A stretch of 64,000 nucleotides of DNA from NCBI GenBank assembly GCA_963663965.2, contig CAXXFK010000040.1:128365-192364 (forward strand). Direction: 5' to 3'. The notes under the pieces were generated by a model that was not told the DNA's origin, made no database searches, and saw only the letters and a list, made by a program, of their open reading frames with translations. How positions within the stretch are numbered: position 1 is the first letter of the stretch; the number at the start of each line of letters is the position of its first letter. A program made the position numbers and the translations under genes. Below, in pieces: positions 40,788-52,711 of the stretch. This DNA is from Sedimentisphaerales bacterium (lineage in GTDB: Bacteria; Planctomycetota; Phycisphaerae; Sedimentisphaerales; SM23-30).

Positions 40788-41444
40788 TAGCAGTATCCTT
40801 GGAAATTCTTAAGAGGTTAGCAAGGGCATTCAAATGACAAAGTGAATTGAAATTCCGTAGACAGATTCCGTCCGCAGCAGATGCAAAAAAGGGGCAAATT
40901 CAAATCTCTTCAACTCACAATCTCCTTTGTATACCTGAGATTATATAAATATCTGTTATTCCGGATATCGTCCAGAATTGGGGTACATTGGAGGCAAATT
41001 TTCCCTTTTTCCTGTTCCTCAATTTGACCAGGTTGTGGAGTAAACCTGATTCAACTCCTATTGCCAGTGCTGATACCGGTTCAAATTGACCGGTATCACA
41101 CCTCAGGCTTGCGATAAGCCTGTTTAGAGATCCTGGCGTTCAGATAACTACATGATAGTGCCAGGTTGTCGGTCCATTATAACACATTACAGCTCAGAAC
41201 AAGCTAAATTCTAACATTTTTCTAACGGTACTCTTTACGTCCTATAACTCTGCCACAACCCACCAGGGCCGACCAGATGATATGGGTCTCCGAATTTACC
41301 CTTGCAATCCTCACGTCTCCTTGGCATGATTTTACCTGTTCAGTCAAAATCAGGAATGTTAACACCCATTACGGATAACATTTTCCTGCCCGTTTCGTAT
41401 CCTCGTTAACGCAATATAATAATCCCTGACCGTGAGGAATAACG

Positions 41445-43935
41445 ATGCTGTCCAATCATCTCTATCGAACATCTGTCATTCTATCTGTCGGCTTCATATT
41501 TTCTCTCTCTCCCTGCCTCTCCGCAGCCTCTTCCGATCCGGTACCATCCTCGATGGACCTCCGTCCCAACTTTAAACAATGGGGGCTTACCACACGCCTC
41601 CAAGGTACCCGCAACACCTGCTCCGTTTTCACTATTGTTGGCGCCCTGGAATACGCCCTTGCCCGTCAGCAGGATCAGACCCCCTCACCGCTTAGTGTCG
41701 AATACCTCAACTGGGCCTCCAATCAAGCCGCCCAAGATCACTCCGACGGCAGTTACTTCTCTGACCTCTGGCGCGGTTTCACCCGCTACGGGATCTGTAC
41801 CGACTCCGATTTGCCTTATCGCGATACCTTCGATGCCGGCCTGATCCCCTCAGATGAAATCCAGACCCGCGCCCGCCAGTCACTCGATTCCAATCTCAAA
41901 TTTCACTGGATTAAAAAATGGAACCCCGATACCGGTCTCACCGAATCCCAGCTGACCGCCATTAAAACCACCATCAATCTGCGCTGGCCGGTTTGCGGCG
42001 GATTCCGCTGGCCCAGAAGCCCCATCTGGAAAGACAACACCCTTCAGATGACCACCCCCGACAAAGTTTTCGACGGCCACAGCGTCCTGCTGGTGGGCTA
42101 TCGTGACGATCCTGACCAGCCCGGCGGCGGCCTTTTCATCTTCCGCAACTCCAACAACCATGGCCGCGATGGCCTCATGCCCTACGCCTTCGCCAACGCC
42201 TATATGAACGATGCTGCCTGGATCGATTCTCCATCATACAACGACAAACTAACCTCCGCTCCCACTCTCAACGACATCCTCGGCCCCTTCAACCTCTTCC
42301 CTAAAGGCCGCAATCGCCGCGTCTCCAGCAACCAGCAGCCCGGCTGGCACTCCGAAAATCTCGATATGGATTGGCTCATGCCCGGCCAGTCCGTCAACAT
42401 GCCCCTGCTCGAAGGTCCCGGCGTGATCACTCATATCTGGTTCACCAGTCACTCCGGCTGGGTCGATGAACTCCACTCCCTCTCCCTGCGCATCTATTAC
42501 GACGGCAGCGACCAGCCCGGCGTCGAAGTGCCCGTCGGCGACTTCTTCGCCGTCGGCCAGGGCAAACCTGCCGAAGTCAACAGTATCCCCGTCCAGGTCT
42601 CTCCTACCGGCTCCCTGACCTGCTTCTGGCGCATACCCTTCCGCCAACAGGCCCGCATCGTCGTCACCAACGACAATCCCGACCGTTCCACCGGTCTTTA
42701 CTGGCAGGTCGATTGGACCCAACTAAACGAGCTTCCCGCAGAAACGCCCTACTTCTACGCCCACTACCGTCAGGAATACCCCGCCGCTGCCGGCAACGAT
42801 TACCTGCTGGCCGACCTCAAAGGCAGTGGCTTTTACGTCGGCACCGTCATGTCCATCACCATGGCCCAGGATGGTTGGTTCGGCGAAGGCGATGATTTCT
42901 TCTATATTGATGGCGAAACCACCCCCAGCCTCCAGGGCACCGGCACCGAAGATTACTTCAACGACGCCTGGGGCTACCGCGTCCGCACCGCCCCCTGGTT
43001 CGGCCAACCCCGCTGGCAGGGCTACGCCGCCGGCGACAGCTGCGTCTGTTACCGCTGGCATCAGCCCGACCCGGTCTGTTTCAGCCAATCGCTCAAGGTC
43101 GCCATCGAACATCGCGGCAACCTCGACGCCTCCGAAGATGGTTTCTTTCTCGAACGACCCGACTTCATCAGCAGTGTCGCCTTCTGGTACCAGACCGGCC
43201 AGCCCCAGACCACCTTCCCGCCCTTGCCCACCTGGCCCGAACGGCGGGTCCCCTGGCAATATCACCATCTGGTTAAAACCTATCGTTTCGCCCAATCCAC
43301 CGGCCCGGCCAAAGTCCAGGTCCAGACCCAGGGCTTCTTTGGTGCCCGTCCTCTGCTCCTCTGGCCCAACCACGAACCCTCCGCCCAATTGACCTTGCCC
43401 TTCGAACTGGCCGAAGCAGGCAGCTTCAATATCCGCCTCACCGCCGCCCGGGGCCCCGATTATGGCCGCTACGATCTCGCCATCGACGACAAAAAACTCA
43501 CCACCGCCAACTTCCACGATCCGGATGAATCCGAGGCCGATATCGTCCTGGGCACCCACACCCTGGAAAAAGGCCCCCATACCCTGACCTTTACCGCGTC
43601 CGGCAATGCCGACCTGGTCGGCCCGCTTGCCGTTGAATTGCTCCGTCTGCTCTCCCCTGCCCCAGCCGGCTCAACGCACCGTACGTACCCACCACGAGGC
43701 CCATTTCATCCGACTCGGGATCGGCCGTGCGCTCTACGCCTATCGACTCGCATTCGATACCCTCCCCGACTCACTCGAAACCCTCGTCGAAAAAGGCTTC
43801 ATGTCTCCCCGCTACCTCAAGGATGAAAACAACCTCCCCCTCAAAGCCTGGCGCGAAGGCGATGCCATGGTGGTCGAAAGCCCCGGCCCCGATCACTGGA
43901 AACACAGCTGGCAGGGCCTCGATCCCAGACGCTGA
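41445..43935 (+). CDS. C1 (papain-like) peptidase fused to a DUF2961/GH172 domain; frameshift near 43653
   Basis: QGTRNTCSVF, GHSVLLVGY, FRNS; GEGDDFFYIDG...GTGTEDYF; C-terminus continues in ORF 43606-43935. Confidence 0.8.
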
Positions 43936-43982
43936 CCTGCGCCCAGCCTCAATACCCGACAACGTCAAATGATAAATGCACC

Positions 43983-45173
43983 CTAAGGCCGTTTCTCCGC
44001 CAAACAGCGGTCCGCGAAATCCATAAAACAGCCCCAGTCATACTCCGTCAGGTTATGTTTGCCCGTTCGGAGATGATAACCGATCCGCCCCTTATGAATG
44101 GGCGATTCCGGCCTCGGCATCTGGTCCGTTCCCAACCCGGTCAAGCCCATCAAGCGGTAAACCGGCTCCGCGTAGACACACGACAGAAATTCACCTTCCG
44201 GATCGGCCCAGTCATCTTCCGACGCGCTGGCCACATACACCGCCCGCGGCGCCATCAGCGCGATCAACTGATGCTGATCCACCGGCAACTGCTCTTCCCG
44301 GTCATTATAATTTTTATAGTTCCCGCAAAACCAGTACGGAAAACCGGTATTAATCTTCTTGATTGTCTCCCCATGTTTGCGCCGGGCCAGCGCCGCACCC
44401 GTACACCCGGAATCGTTACTCACCACCAGCGCGAACCGCTCATCTTCCGCGCCGCACCATAACGCCGTTTTTCCACCGCGTGAATGACCCACCACCCCGA
44501 TCCGGTGTTCATCAATATCCGCATCGGTTTCAAAATAATCCATCGCCCGGCTCGCTCCCCACGCCCAGGCCGCGATCGAACCCCAGGCGTCCCCGGCCCG
44601 TGGACTCTCTTTCGGATCGAATAGCCCGTGCACGCCATTTTTAAACTGATCATCCACATCCGGATCCAGATCGGCATAATGAAACGTCGCCGCCACATAC
44701 CCGCGCTCGATCATCTTCTCCGCCGGCCAGAACGGACTCCGTGTCTGGCGCGTCGGATCAATATTGGACTTGTCCCGATTACAGATCAATAGAAATCCCG
44801 GCGCCGGCCCGGCCACCTGATTGGGTATAAACACCAGCAGTTCAATCCTGCCTTCCCCGCCCGGCCCGCCAAACCGGATCAGTACCCGCTTGTAAGTCGC
44901 CCGGCCCGACATCGCCAGTTCCGATCTCTCCACCACCTCAAACCGCAAATCCGCCGGCCGCCCCACCGCGGCCCGGCCATATACATGTTCCCGAAACAAC
45001 TCCAACACCTCCGGCCGCCGCCGCGCCTCCCAGTCCGCAACCGTCCCCACCTTGCTCCCATCCGCCATCACCAGCGGATCCGGTAAAAACAAATCCCCTC
45101 CCACTCCCTGCGCCAATAATAAACCCGCCATCATTCCCGCAATTAACAAACACAACATCATCGATCTGTTCAT
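43983..45173 (-). CDS. CE15 glucuronoyl/acetylxylan esterase-like protein
   Basis: LPDPL, WAWGASR..DY, GHSRGGK, DQHQLIAL.APR, WADP.GE. Confidence 0.88.
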   Translation of the reverse strand: MNRSMMLCLLIAGMMAGLLLAQGVGGDLFLPDPLVMADGSKVGTVADWEARRRPEVLELFREHVYGRAAVGRPADLRFEVVERSELAMSGRATYKRVLIRFGGPGGEGRIELLVFIPNQVAGPAPGFLLICNRDKSNIDPTRQTRSPFWPAEKMIERGYVAATFHYADLDPDVDDQFKNGVHGLFDPKESPRAGDAWGSIAAWAWGASRAMDYFETDADIDEHRIGVVGHSRGGKTALWCGAEDERFALVVSNDSGCTGAALARRKHGETIKKINTGFPYWFCGNYKNYNDREEQLPVDQHQLIALMAPRAVYVASASEDDWADPEGEFLSCVYAEPVYRLMGLTGLGTDQMPRPESPIHKGRIGYHLRTGKHNLTEYDWGCFMDFADRCLAEKRP

Positions 45174-45297
45174 ATCACGCTTTCTGTTAATTCCACTTTA
45201 ACGATTAATGCCCGCCTGCTCGTAAAATAATTCTCTTACGTGCAAAAACTTGGCTTGCGAGAATTGGATAGGTCCATACCCGATGGGTACGCCGACT

Positions 45298-46134
45298 TTA
45301 TTCCGGCATCTGAAAATAAGCTTTTTTCGGAAACGTCGCGTTCAACGAATCGATCGGCCGCACAGTACCCACATGAGAATCAAGGAAAATCATATTGGTC
45401 TTGCCTTCCGTCGCGCTGTTGGCCTTCCCATGAAATGCCCCAATGCAATCGGCAAATGGATACGGATTGGCCTTGAGATCTGCCAGCGTCCTGGGCGATA
45501 TCAACATGACATTATCGTTGAACATCGCCGTATGAATCGCCGTCCCGGATTTATCCCGGATCAATTCCAGATTCTCCTCGCCAATCATCCCCACCTCAGA
45601 CAAAGTCCGTTTCACCTCCGACACTTTCTTAACCGAATTCGCGTAATTCCATCCGATCTCCGTCTGATTACCCCCCAGGTACGAACTCATACTGTAACTG
45701 AACTGCGGCACCAGCGGCACAGATGGATCATGACCGGAATGGGTCTCCGCCCGCATGATATTTTTATAAGCCGTCGGACACATGTGCACATCTTCGCTCT
45801 TCAAATAAGGCCACAGCTGTCCATCCGGTTTATAAGCCTCATTATGCCACAGACAGGCCGTTGGCGTTTTCGATGCCGGATCTTCATGCAGCCACCACCA
45901 GGGATAAGGAAACTTCCCATCGTTGTCATCCAGATACATGAACATTCCAATCCCATACTGTTTCAGATTGGTCTGGCAAACGATCATCTGGGCCTGAGCC
46001 CGGGCCTTCCCCAGCGCCGGCATCAGTATCGCCACCAGCAGCGCAATAATGGAAATAACCACCAGCAACTCAATCAGAGTAAAACCCCGTAACAGACAAT
46101 CGGACATTTTATGTCTAATTTTTGAACTGATCAT
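45298..46134 (-). CDS. Prepilin-type N-terminal cleavage/methylation protein (DUF1559-like)
   Basis: [33 protein letters not shown]; start behind GGAG. Confidence 0.9.
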   Translation of the reverse strand: MISSKIRHKMSDCLLRGFTLIELLVVISIIALLVAILMPALGKARAQAQMIVCQTNLKQYGIGMFMYLDDNDGKFPYPWWWLHEDPASKTPTACLWHNEAYKPDGQLWPYLKSEDVHMCPTAYKNIMRAETHSGHDPSVPLVPQFSYSMSSYLGGNQTEIGWNYANSVKKVSEVKRTLSEVGMIGEENLELIRDKSGTAIHTAMFNDNVMLISPRTLADLKANPYPFADCIGAFHGKANSATEGKTNMIFLDSHVGTVRPIDSLNATFPKKAYFQMPE

Positions 46135-46565
46135 GGCTTCTGTTCTCCACAATATCATGAATTCGTTCCGAATTTTCAATAAGGGCATAAATACCATTTA
46201 ATGTCCATTGGATAGTTACATATTAATCTTATTTCCTCTTAAAATCACGCAAAATATAGTTTTTTTATTAATTACTTCATTTATTTTGGCCAACCGGGAC
46301 TTGGCGCTCAATCAATCCAAAATTCATAACCTCATCTATTTCAAGACCTTCCATTGCTTACTCAAGTAAATTGCCCATTGTCCCGAGCCCTTTTCCTGAA
46401 TGGACCATCTTCATTTATCATCAAATCCATCCGGCCATTTTTTATTTTCTCCATGCCATTATTCTACTACCACCCAGCAAGTAAAGACGCGAATTTTCGC
46501 GTCTTTACTCCCAGGTACTTTCAATCTTCTCTATATCCACAGGATATTTCTTCACTTACCTTCAC

Positions 46566-48515
46566 TTACGGATATTCCACTATATTATCCTCCTCAGAAC
46601 TTTCCGCGATTAAATTCTGCGTGTCAATCTCCCCGATCACCGAATAATCTGCCACCCCAAGATAATCATCTCCGGGCAAAGTTACTTTAAACGTATAGCG
46701 CTTGGCCTTATCCGGTTTCAAACTGAATTTGACGTTATCCCGGCTCTCCAGCACATAATCCGGCAGTTCCCCGCTGTTATCGCGGAAAATCAGCTGAATA
46801 TCCGAAGTCGCCTTCAACGCCACATTACCAGTATTCTCCACTATCATCGAAAACTTCATCCGGTTATTCGACAGCAATTTGACACTCGACTCCAGAATTT
46901 CACCGGTCAGGTTCACCGTCCCTTCTTCCAGCGAAAACAGATCGCTCATCAAAATGTTATTGGCATAATCCGATTCTTCGATAGTCACCGGCGAATTGAT
47001 GCGCGCCAGCACGTAATAATCATCCGTCTCCACCCCTACCGGCAAAGTCGTACTGATATTAACAGCTTTCTCCTGACCGGGCTTCAGGCGAATCTTCGCG
47101 CTTTCCGTACTGGCCATTAAAACATCATTCTCATCCCACACATCGTCGGAGGACAGAAACAGATCGATATTCATACTGCCATTCACCGCGACATTGCCCA
47201 GGTTTTGAATATCGACCGAAATCTTCGCCTTATCGCCGCCGATCGGATCGTCCGGCAGTTTAGCCAGATCCACCGAACCGGTCAGATCCACATGCGCCTC
47301 CGCCACATCCAGCTCGATCGGATCAGGATTATTCGCCATCGAAGAATTATTCTCCAGGCTGCTCTCATAGATGGCGCTGTCCGTCTCAACTTGCGCCCAG
47401 ATCGAATAAATATCGTGATCCATCGCCGCCGGCAACTCCACCTTGACTTTATAATCCTTACTGCTCTCCCCCTTCAGGTTCAGCGAGCCACCGCTCAGTT
47501 GCCCGATCAATACCGTCTCCTCGCCTTCCGCGTAAATATTGATATCGAATTTCCCCTTCGCCGGCGCGCTGCCATCATTGATTACCGTCACCGGCAGATT
47601 AAACGACTCACCCGCCATCAGCGAAGCCGGCACATCGTCCCCGTCAATACGGCATGTCAGATCAGATTGGTACTCATACCCGGCCAGCGGCCGGCAGATC
47701 ATCACCCAGGCCTCCAGATACCCATCACTACTGCCCGGATAATATTCCGCCTCACCCCCATAAGCGTACAGCCAGTCGCCCGGCCCGCGCATCGCGTAAG
47801 TATATCCTTCCAGCGTATTACCCCAGTCATCTTCCTCTTCGTAATGGTCCTTGATAAAGGTATTGCCCTTCGGCTTTATCCCTTCGATAATTTCGTCCGC
47901 TCCATCCCCCTGATGGATCACCACCTGATACTCAGACTTGCCCGTCTGCGTAATCGTCATGGTCTGGTCACTGATCTGTTCAAAAGTCATATCCCCCCAC
48001 GCGTCCTTCTCGATAAGATACTCATCAACCTGATATTCCCCGACCCACTCGCGCGTCACAGTCGGAAATTTTCCCCGCGTCGCCACTCCCGCCAGGGTAT
48101 CCCCCCAGCCATTACCTCCTTCACCACCCATCACCAGCGCGATATCCGGCTGGATCTCGATCAATTCGATATGATCATCCACATACTCGCCATAATCCTC
48201 ATGATAATAATAATCGTGAATCGCCAGTGTCCCCGCCCCATCGTCCGTCATGGCAAAATTTTTCACCTCATGATCCACCACCACATTCAGATTATACGCA
48301 TCCCCGCCCAGTGCGGTTATCGTCAGTTTCTCCTTACTGACCTTGGCAACATAACTCGCGTCATCCCAGTGGACCTTCCCGCTCTGATACAAGCCCTCCA
48401 GCGTCCAAACCCCCGTCCAGTCGCCATTCAGCAGCAACCGCCCCTCCAGATGTTCCAGTTCCAGCTTGCCCCGCCCCTGCCTGTCAATCCCGCTTTTGCG
48501 TCGATTCGTCTTCAT
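46566..48515 (-). CDS. LEPR-XLL domain protein with three CARDB-like repeats
   Basis: LEHLEGRLLL; repeats ending ESSLENN, ESDYANN, ESSEEDN. Confidence 0.8.
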   Translation of the reverse strand: MKTNRRKSGIDRQGRGKLELEHLEGRLLLNGDWTGVWTLEGLYQSGKVHWDDASYVAKVSKEKLTITALGGDAYNLNVVVDHEVKNFAMTDDGAGTLAIHDYYYHEDYGEYVDDHIELIEIQPDIALVMGGEGGNGWGDTLAGVATRGKFPTVTREWVGEYQVDEYLIEKDAWGDMTFEQISDQTMTITQTGKSEYQVVIHQGDGADEIIEGIKPKGNTFIKDHYEEEDDWGNTLEGYTYAMRGPGDWLYAYGGEAEYYPGSSDGYLEAWVMICRPLAGYEYQSDLTCRIDGDDVPASLMAGESFNLPVTVINDGSAPAKGKFDINIYAEGEETVLIGQLSGGSLNLKGESSKDYKVKVELPAAMDHDIYSIWAQVETDSAIYESSLENNSSMANNPDPIELDVAEAHVDLTGSVDLAKLPDDPIGGDKAKISVDIQNLGNVAVNGSMNIDLFLSSDDVWDENDVLMASTESAKIRLKPGQEKAVNISTTLPVGVETDDYYVLARINSPVTIEESDYANNILMSDLFSLEEGTVNLTGEILESSVKLLSNNRMKFSMIVENTGNVALKATSDIQLIFRDNSGELPDYVLESRDNVKFSLKPDKAKRYTFKVTLPGDDYLGVADYSVIGEIDTQNLIAESSEEDNIVEYP

Positions 48516-48787
48516 GATAAACCTCCACGTCTTTCGTAAATGCTCTAAGTCTTTGACAAATATAAACTAAGCAAATATTTATATCAACGTGCGTATTTCA
48601 CTCTGCTAGGCCAGACAATCCAGCAACAATTCAGACCTGCTCACATCTCACCACAAAACTCACCTTGACCATCAAAAATTATTCGACTCTTTTATCGGTA
48701 TTCAAAAAGTGTTAAACATACCTGCTTATTTATAGCCCCCCTAAATCTCAGATTTCCAGAAAAATCTCAAATTTCATATCCACCACC

Positions 48788-49050
48788 ATGCGTATCCGAC
48801 AGGCAAACAGATCACAATTCCATTCTTCATCTGCGTCCATCTGTGTCCATCTGCGGTTCAAAATATTGTTTTAAAATATTTCCAATGCCATTCTCCGCTT
48901 TCAACTATCCCCCCTCTCCCTTCATGCCCTTCACAAACTTCACGGTAAATATTTTAGCCTTTTCCTCATCAAAGAGCCGGTACCGTCGTATTCCGCCAGT
49001 ACGCTAAATCCATTATACACAAATTCGGTCGTTTGTCCATTGACGGTTTT
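48788..49050 (-). pseudogene. Short Rhs-core remnants interspersed with ATCTG-type tandem repeats
   Basis: 48958-49050 encodes KTVNGQTTEFVYNGFSVLAEYDGTGSLMRK; 48788-48865 resembles 55590-55656. Confidence 0.75.
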
Positions 49051-49106
49051 GCCGTCCATAAGCTTCAATTGAAGGCGGCCTGTCGAGCAGGATTACCCTG
49101 CCCAAC

Positions 49107-49550
49107 TTATGGATTCTGGTATTTTGGCATTTCTTCAACTGAAATCTTCTTAACCTCGCCAGCGCCAGTTACCGCGTATGCCTCCTTTGCGTTTATACGA
49201 ATTGCGAAAAGGATTTCGTCAGAAGGAATTTTAACCGAGTCCAGAGGCAACATAATTTTGTCAAGTTTGGCAAATGGTGGCAATGAAGCATTCCGAAAAT
49301 ACGCACTCAAGTCGTCAGGAGACACGCTGGAAACCTGTCCGGAATGGTCTTGTTTTACTTTCGCAAGAATTTGTATATAATGGTGATATTTTGCTGTGCA
49401 TGAGGCATAAAATATAATATCTTTTTGGATTTGTTTTCGCATATGATAACTATAAGGAACATAAATAGCGGCGAACACCATGACAAAAAAGACGATTAAA
49501 TAAATCGTATTCCTATGCATATTGCTATTCCTTTTATTTATAACCATCAT
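49107..49550 (-). CDS. Putative immunity protein (membrane anchored)
   Basis: AT-rich ORF 4 bp downstream of an Rhs-CT; role inferred from position. Confidence 0.55.
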   Translation of the reverse strand: MMVINKRNSNMHRNTIYLIVFFVMVFAAIYVPYSYHMRKQIQKDIIFYASCTAKYHHYIQILAKVKQDHSGQVSSVSPDDLSAYFRNASLPPFAKLDKIMLPLDSVKIPSDEILFAIRINAKEAYAVTGAGEVKKISVEEMPKYQNP

Positions 49551-49554
49551 TCCA

Positions 49555-50682
49555 TCATCTCCGTATATTTATATTTTCGCCTAGAGCGCCTGGTGTTATT
49601 GAAATCTGAAACGGCGGAAGATATGGAAAGGATGGATCAGGACTAACAATATGGGTATTTGAAACTAAACTATCATATCCGATATAATCTCTAAACCATC
49701 GATCTGACTGATTATGACACTGGCGCCCATATAAAATAGAATAAACACCTGCATCATCCTTCTCTTCACATTTAAGTTGACTGATCATCCGAGCATCGTC
49801 TGCATCAGTTCCAATCGCATATTTAGTAATAAATATCCCTTCACCGGCGTATTGATTATTTATTATATCAAGATAATCCTTCATACTACCAGCTGGTTCC
49901 GACCATATATCCACCGCATCACCGAAAACAGCTGTTATATTCCCGCAACTTAGGTCGTTTCGATGGCAATATCCATAGAAATGGTAAACATAAATGCCAC
50001 CGTCAGGGTTATCTATCATAAAAAAGGTATGGCCATAAAATCGACCACGATTGGCAACCATTGCATCTGTCCCATAGGGATCAATAAAAATCACCGGATT
50101 ATTATGGCAATAGGCATACAGATTCATCCCATCGCCGTAGTGAATCGGATCCGGCTGCATGAACCGTCCCAGCCCTTCAGTCGAAATCGCCCGTAACGCC
50201 GTGAGACTTATATCACCTCCACACCCCATCTTATCGCGCGACCAGAATAACAACACGCAATGCGTGTACATTCTAAGACGGTAATAATACAGCCCCGTCT
50301 CCGCGTCATACCGCCGCCCGGTAAACAGGTACGGGTTCCCCACCGTCGATTCCGCCGCCACCGATCCATCGGCCGGCGTCAGCCAGTCCCCATCGGTTCC
50401 CGGCGACGTCACGACGATAGGCGAGCCAAACGCGTCATAATAATACCCTTCCACCACATCGCCCTCTTCATCGGTCAACATCATCACATTCCCATTCCGG
50501 TCCTGATGATAATAATACCGGCACTCCCCGCCCCCATCGCAATCCACCATCGCCACCGGCAAATCGATACCCGGGCCATACACATATTTCCTTATCAAAG
50601 AGCCGGTACCGTCGTATTCCGCCAGTACACTAAACCCATTATACACAAATTCCGTCTCCTGTCCATCCACCGAGGAGGGCAA
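49555..50682 (-). CDS. Orphan Rhs core + C-terminal toxin module 1 (carries in-frame insert B)
   Basis: GNPYLFTGRRYDAETGLYYYRLRMY...GRFMQPDP...NLYAYC.NNP...DPYG followed by a variable AT-rich CT. Confidence 0.88.
   Translation of the reverse strand: MPSSVDGQETEFVYNGFSVLAEYDGTGSLIRKYVYGPGIDLPVAMVDCDGGGECRYYYHQDRNGNVMMLTDEEGDVVEGYYYDAFGSPIVVTSPGTDGDWLTPADGSVAAESTVGNPYLFTGRRYDAETGLYYYRLRMYTHCVLLFWSRDKMGCGGDISLTALRAISTEGLGRFMQPDPIHYGDGMNLYAYCHNNPVIFIDPYGTDAMVANRGRFYGHTFFMIDNPDGGIYVYHFYGYCHRNDLSCGNITAVFGDAVDIWSEPAGSMKDYLDIINNQYAGEGIFITKYAIGTDADDARMISQLKCEEKDDAGVYSILYGRQCHNQSDRWFRDYIGYDSLVSNTHIVSPDPSFPYLPPFQISITPGALGENINIRR
50175..50266. repeat. Insert B (92 bp, net +84) in the Rhs RMY/LGRF motif, copy 1
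   Basis: Absent from Rhs module 2 (MYHPWLGRF); near-identical at 55001-55092. Confidence 0.9.
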
Positions 50683-50687
50683 CGTAA

Positions 50688-51254
50688 TTACTTTATTAGC
50701 TCATCAATTTCTCGATGTATTGCATAGTTTTTGGGAGCCACATTTTGTATATCTTTTAATAATTCAACTAATTCTGGATGTTGCTTAATTATAAGTAACA
50801 GATTTAACGCCCTTAAGACAGCATAATAATTACTAGGATTACAGTTTCTTCGTGTTATAATTTTCCTAATTTTCTTTAAATAAGACGTATCCCAAGTAGC
50901 TACATAATACACAGTTTCTGCAGTAACTCTTACTAATACATTTTTAGAATTCAATTGTTTTCTGACACATGAAATCCCCTTTTCTTTAAGTAACGAATAA
51001 CAATATACTATTGCATAACTTTGCACTAAGGGATGACTATCTTCCACAGCTTTTTTTACAAGATGTACGAACTGTTTCAAATCGCCTTCTCCGATGATCT
51101 CTAAAGTGCTTGCTCTTATTATCCATGATCTATGATCAATTAAATCGGGCAATAACGGATACAATAAATGTATATTACTCTGATCCGCCTTCTGTAACTC
51201 ATCGTTCAAATCAGCCCAATTTGTACTTTTTTTAATAATATTAATGTCCATCAT
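50688..51254 (-). CDS. HEAT-repeat protein, putative immunity protein for Rhs module 2
   Basis: DHRSWIIRAS.LE.IG, DSHPLVQ; directly downstream of the CT. Confidence 0.7.
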   Translation of the reverse strand: MMDINIIKKSTNWADLNDELQKADQSNIHLLYPLLPDLIDHRSWIIRASTLEIIGEGDLKQFVHLVKKAVEDSHPLVQSYAIVYCYSLLKEKGISCVRKQLNSKNVLVRVTAETVYYVATWDTSYLKKIRKIITRRNCNPSNYYAVLRALNLLLIIKQHPELVELLKDIQNVAPKNYAIHREIDELIK

Positions 51255-51256
51255 AC

Positions 51257-52710
51257 CTATATTTCTATTCCTCTTTTAGGAGGTTGATAAAAATCAGAAT
51301 AATCTCCTGCAAGCATTCGAAGGTACCAGTCAGGCAATATAATAAATAAAGGAAGCTTTAATTTATTGCCTTTAATCTGAGAGCTAGGTCTTAACTTTTT
51401 ATATTTCATGTGCCTTTCCCATCGTTTCCTAAATAAATTATACTCTTTTTTTGTAATTTCTTTTCTTTGCAATTTTTTCTTTTCATCTTCCATTAATTTT
51501 TTAAGGGCTTTTTCATCTAAATGTAGCCAGTCAGATTCTAATCCATTATTGAAATTGTCTTTTGATAATTGTTCTTTACCTAAGATTATAGTTTCCGCCT
51601 TCGCCCCGGAATCCGCCAAGGCATCGTCGATGATCACCAATTTACCACTCGCCACCATTTCCTCTAATGACTCCTCCCCACCCACGTCATGAAAAGCCGA
51701 TGCACATACTATCGGATTAGGCCCTGCCGCGGCTGCGGCAAGTTCCTCTTCTAAACGTTCTTCATGAGGAGACTGTGGTTCTGGCTGACCAAGGAAATTT
51801 ACCATCACAAACTCCAACCCCATCGGATCCCGTCCATTCACCGGATTATTATGGCAATAGGCATACAGATTCATCCCATCGCCGTAGTGAATCGGATCCG
51901 GCTGCATAAACCGCCCCAGCCACGGATGATACATTCTAAGACGATAATAATACAGCCCCGTCTCCGCGTCATACCGCCGCCCGGTAAACAGGTACGGATT
52001 CCCCACCGTCGATTCCGCCGCCACCGATCCATCGGCCGGCGTCAGCCAGTCCCCATCGGTTCCCGGCGACGTCACGACGATAGGCGAGCCAAACGCGTCA
52101 TAATAATACCCTTCCACCACATCGCCCTCTTCATCGGTCAACATCATCACATTCCCAACCGGCAGTGCCGGCGCCGATTGTGGTGAAAAAGAATTAGCGG
52201 CACGTCGGGCGTAAGGCAATTGGGCACGTATTCTTTTCGTAAAGGGCAATGGTCCTGATGATAATAATACCAACACTCCCCACCCCCATCGCAATCCACC
52301 ATCGCCACCGGCAAATCGATGCCCGGGCCATACACATATTTCCTTATCAAAGAGCCGGTACCGTCGTATTCCGCCAGTACGCTAAACCCATTATACACAA
52401 ATTCCGTCTCCTGCCCATCCACTGTCTTGCGTATCCGGCGGCCAAACGGATCATAATCGTAACTCGCGCTGAATCCAGTCCTTGCGGCTGTTTTCATCTG
52501 ATTTTCACAGTCATAAGTATAAACCGTTTGAGTATCATAAGCCAGATTTCCATTATAATCATAGAAATGGTTGACACCGCCAACAGTATTATACTGGTTC
52601 AACTGATTATTGTTGGTGGCCCAGGCCGTGGCAGAGCCATCCTCATCCACCTGAGTATTGTTTCTCAGCGAATCGTAATCGAAATCCAAATAACTGCCAT
52701 CCGGCCGGGT
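51257..52710 (-). pseudogene. Orphan Rhs module 2 (YD repeats, core, basic CT), frameshifted by insert A
   Basis: ORF 52147-52725 (YDYNGNL, YDCENQ, YDPFGRR) and ORF 51257-52294 (core + DPMGL + CT) are split at 52158-52250. Confidence 0.88.
52158..52250. repeat. Insert A (93 bp, net +89) in the Rhs YYHQD/GN motif, copy 1
   Basis: Replaces TTCC (50495-50498) of module 1; identical at 55321-55413. Confidence 0.9.
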
Positions 52711-52711
52711 A

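Noticed and set aside
40860..41020. GGCAAA motifs suggesting a c-di-GMP-I riboswitch
   Set aside because: The following GAAA/GCAAAG stem pattern is absent
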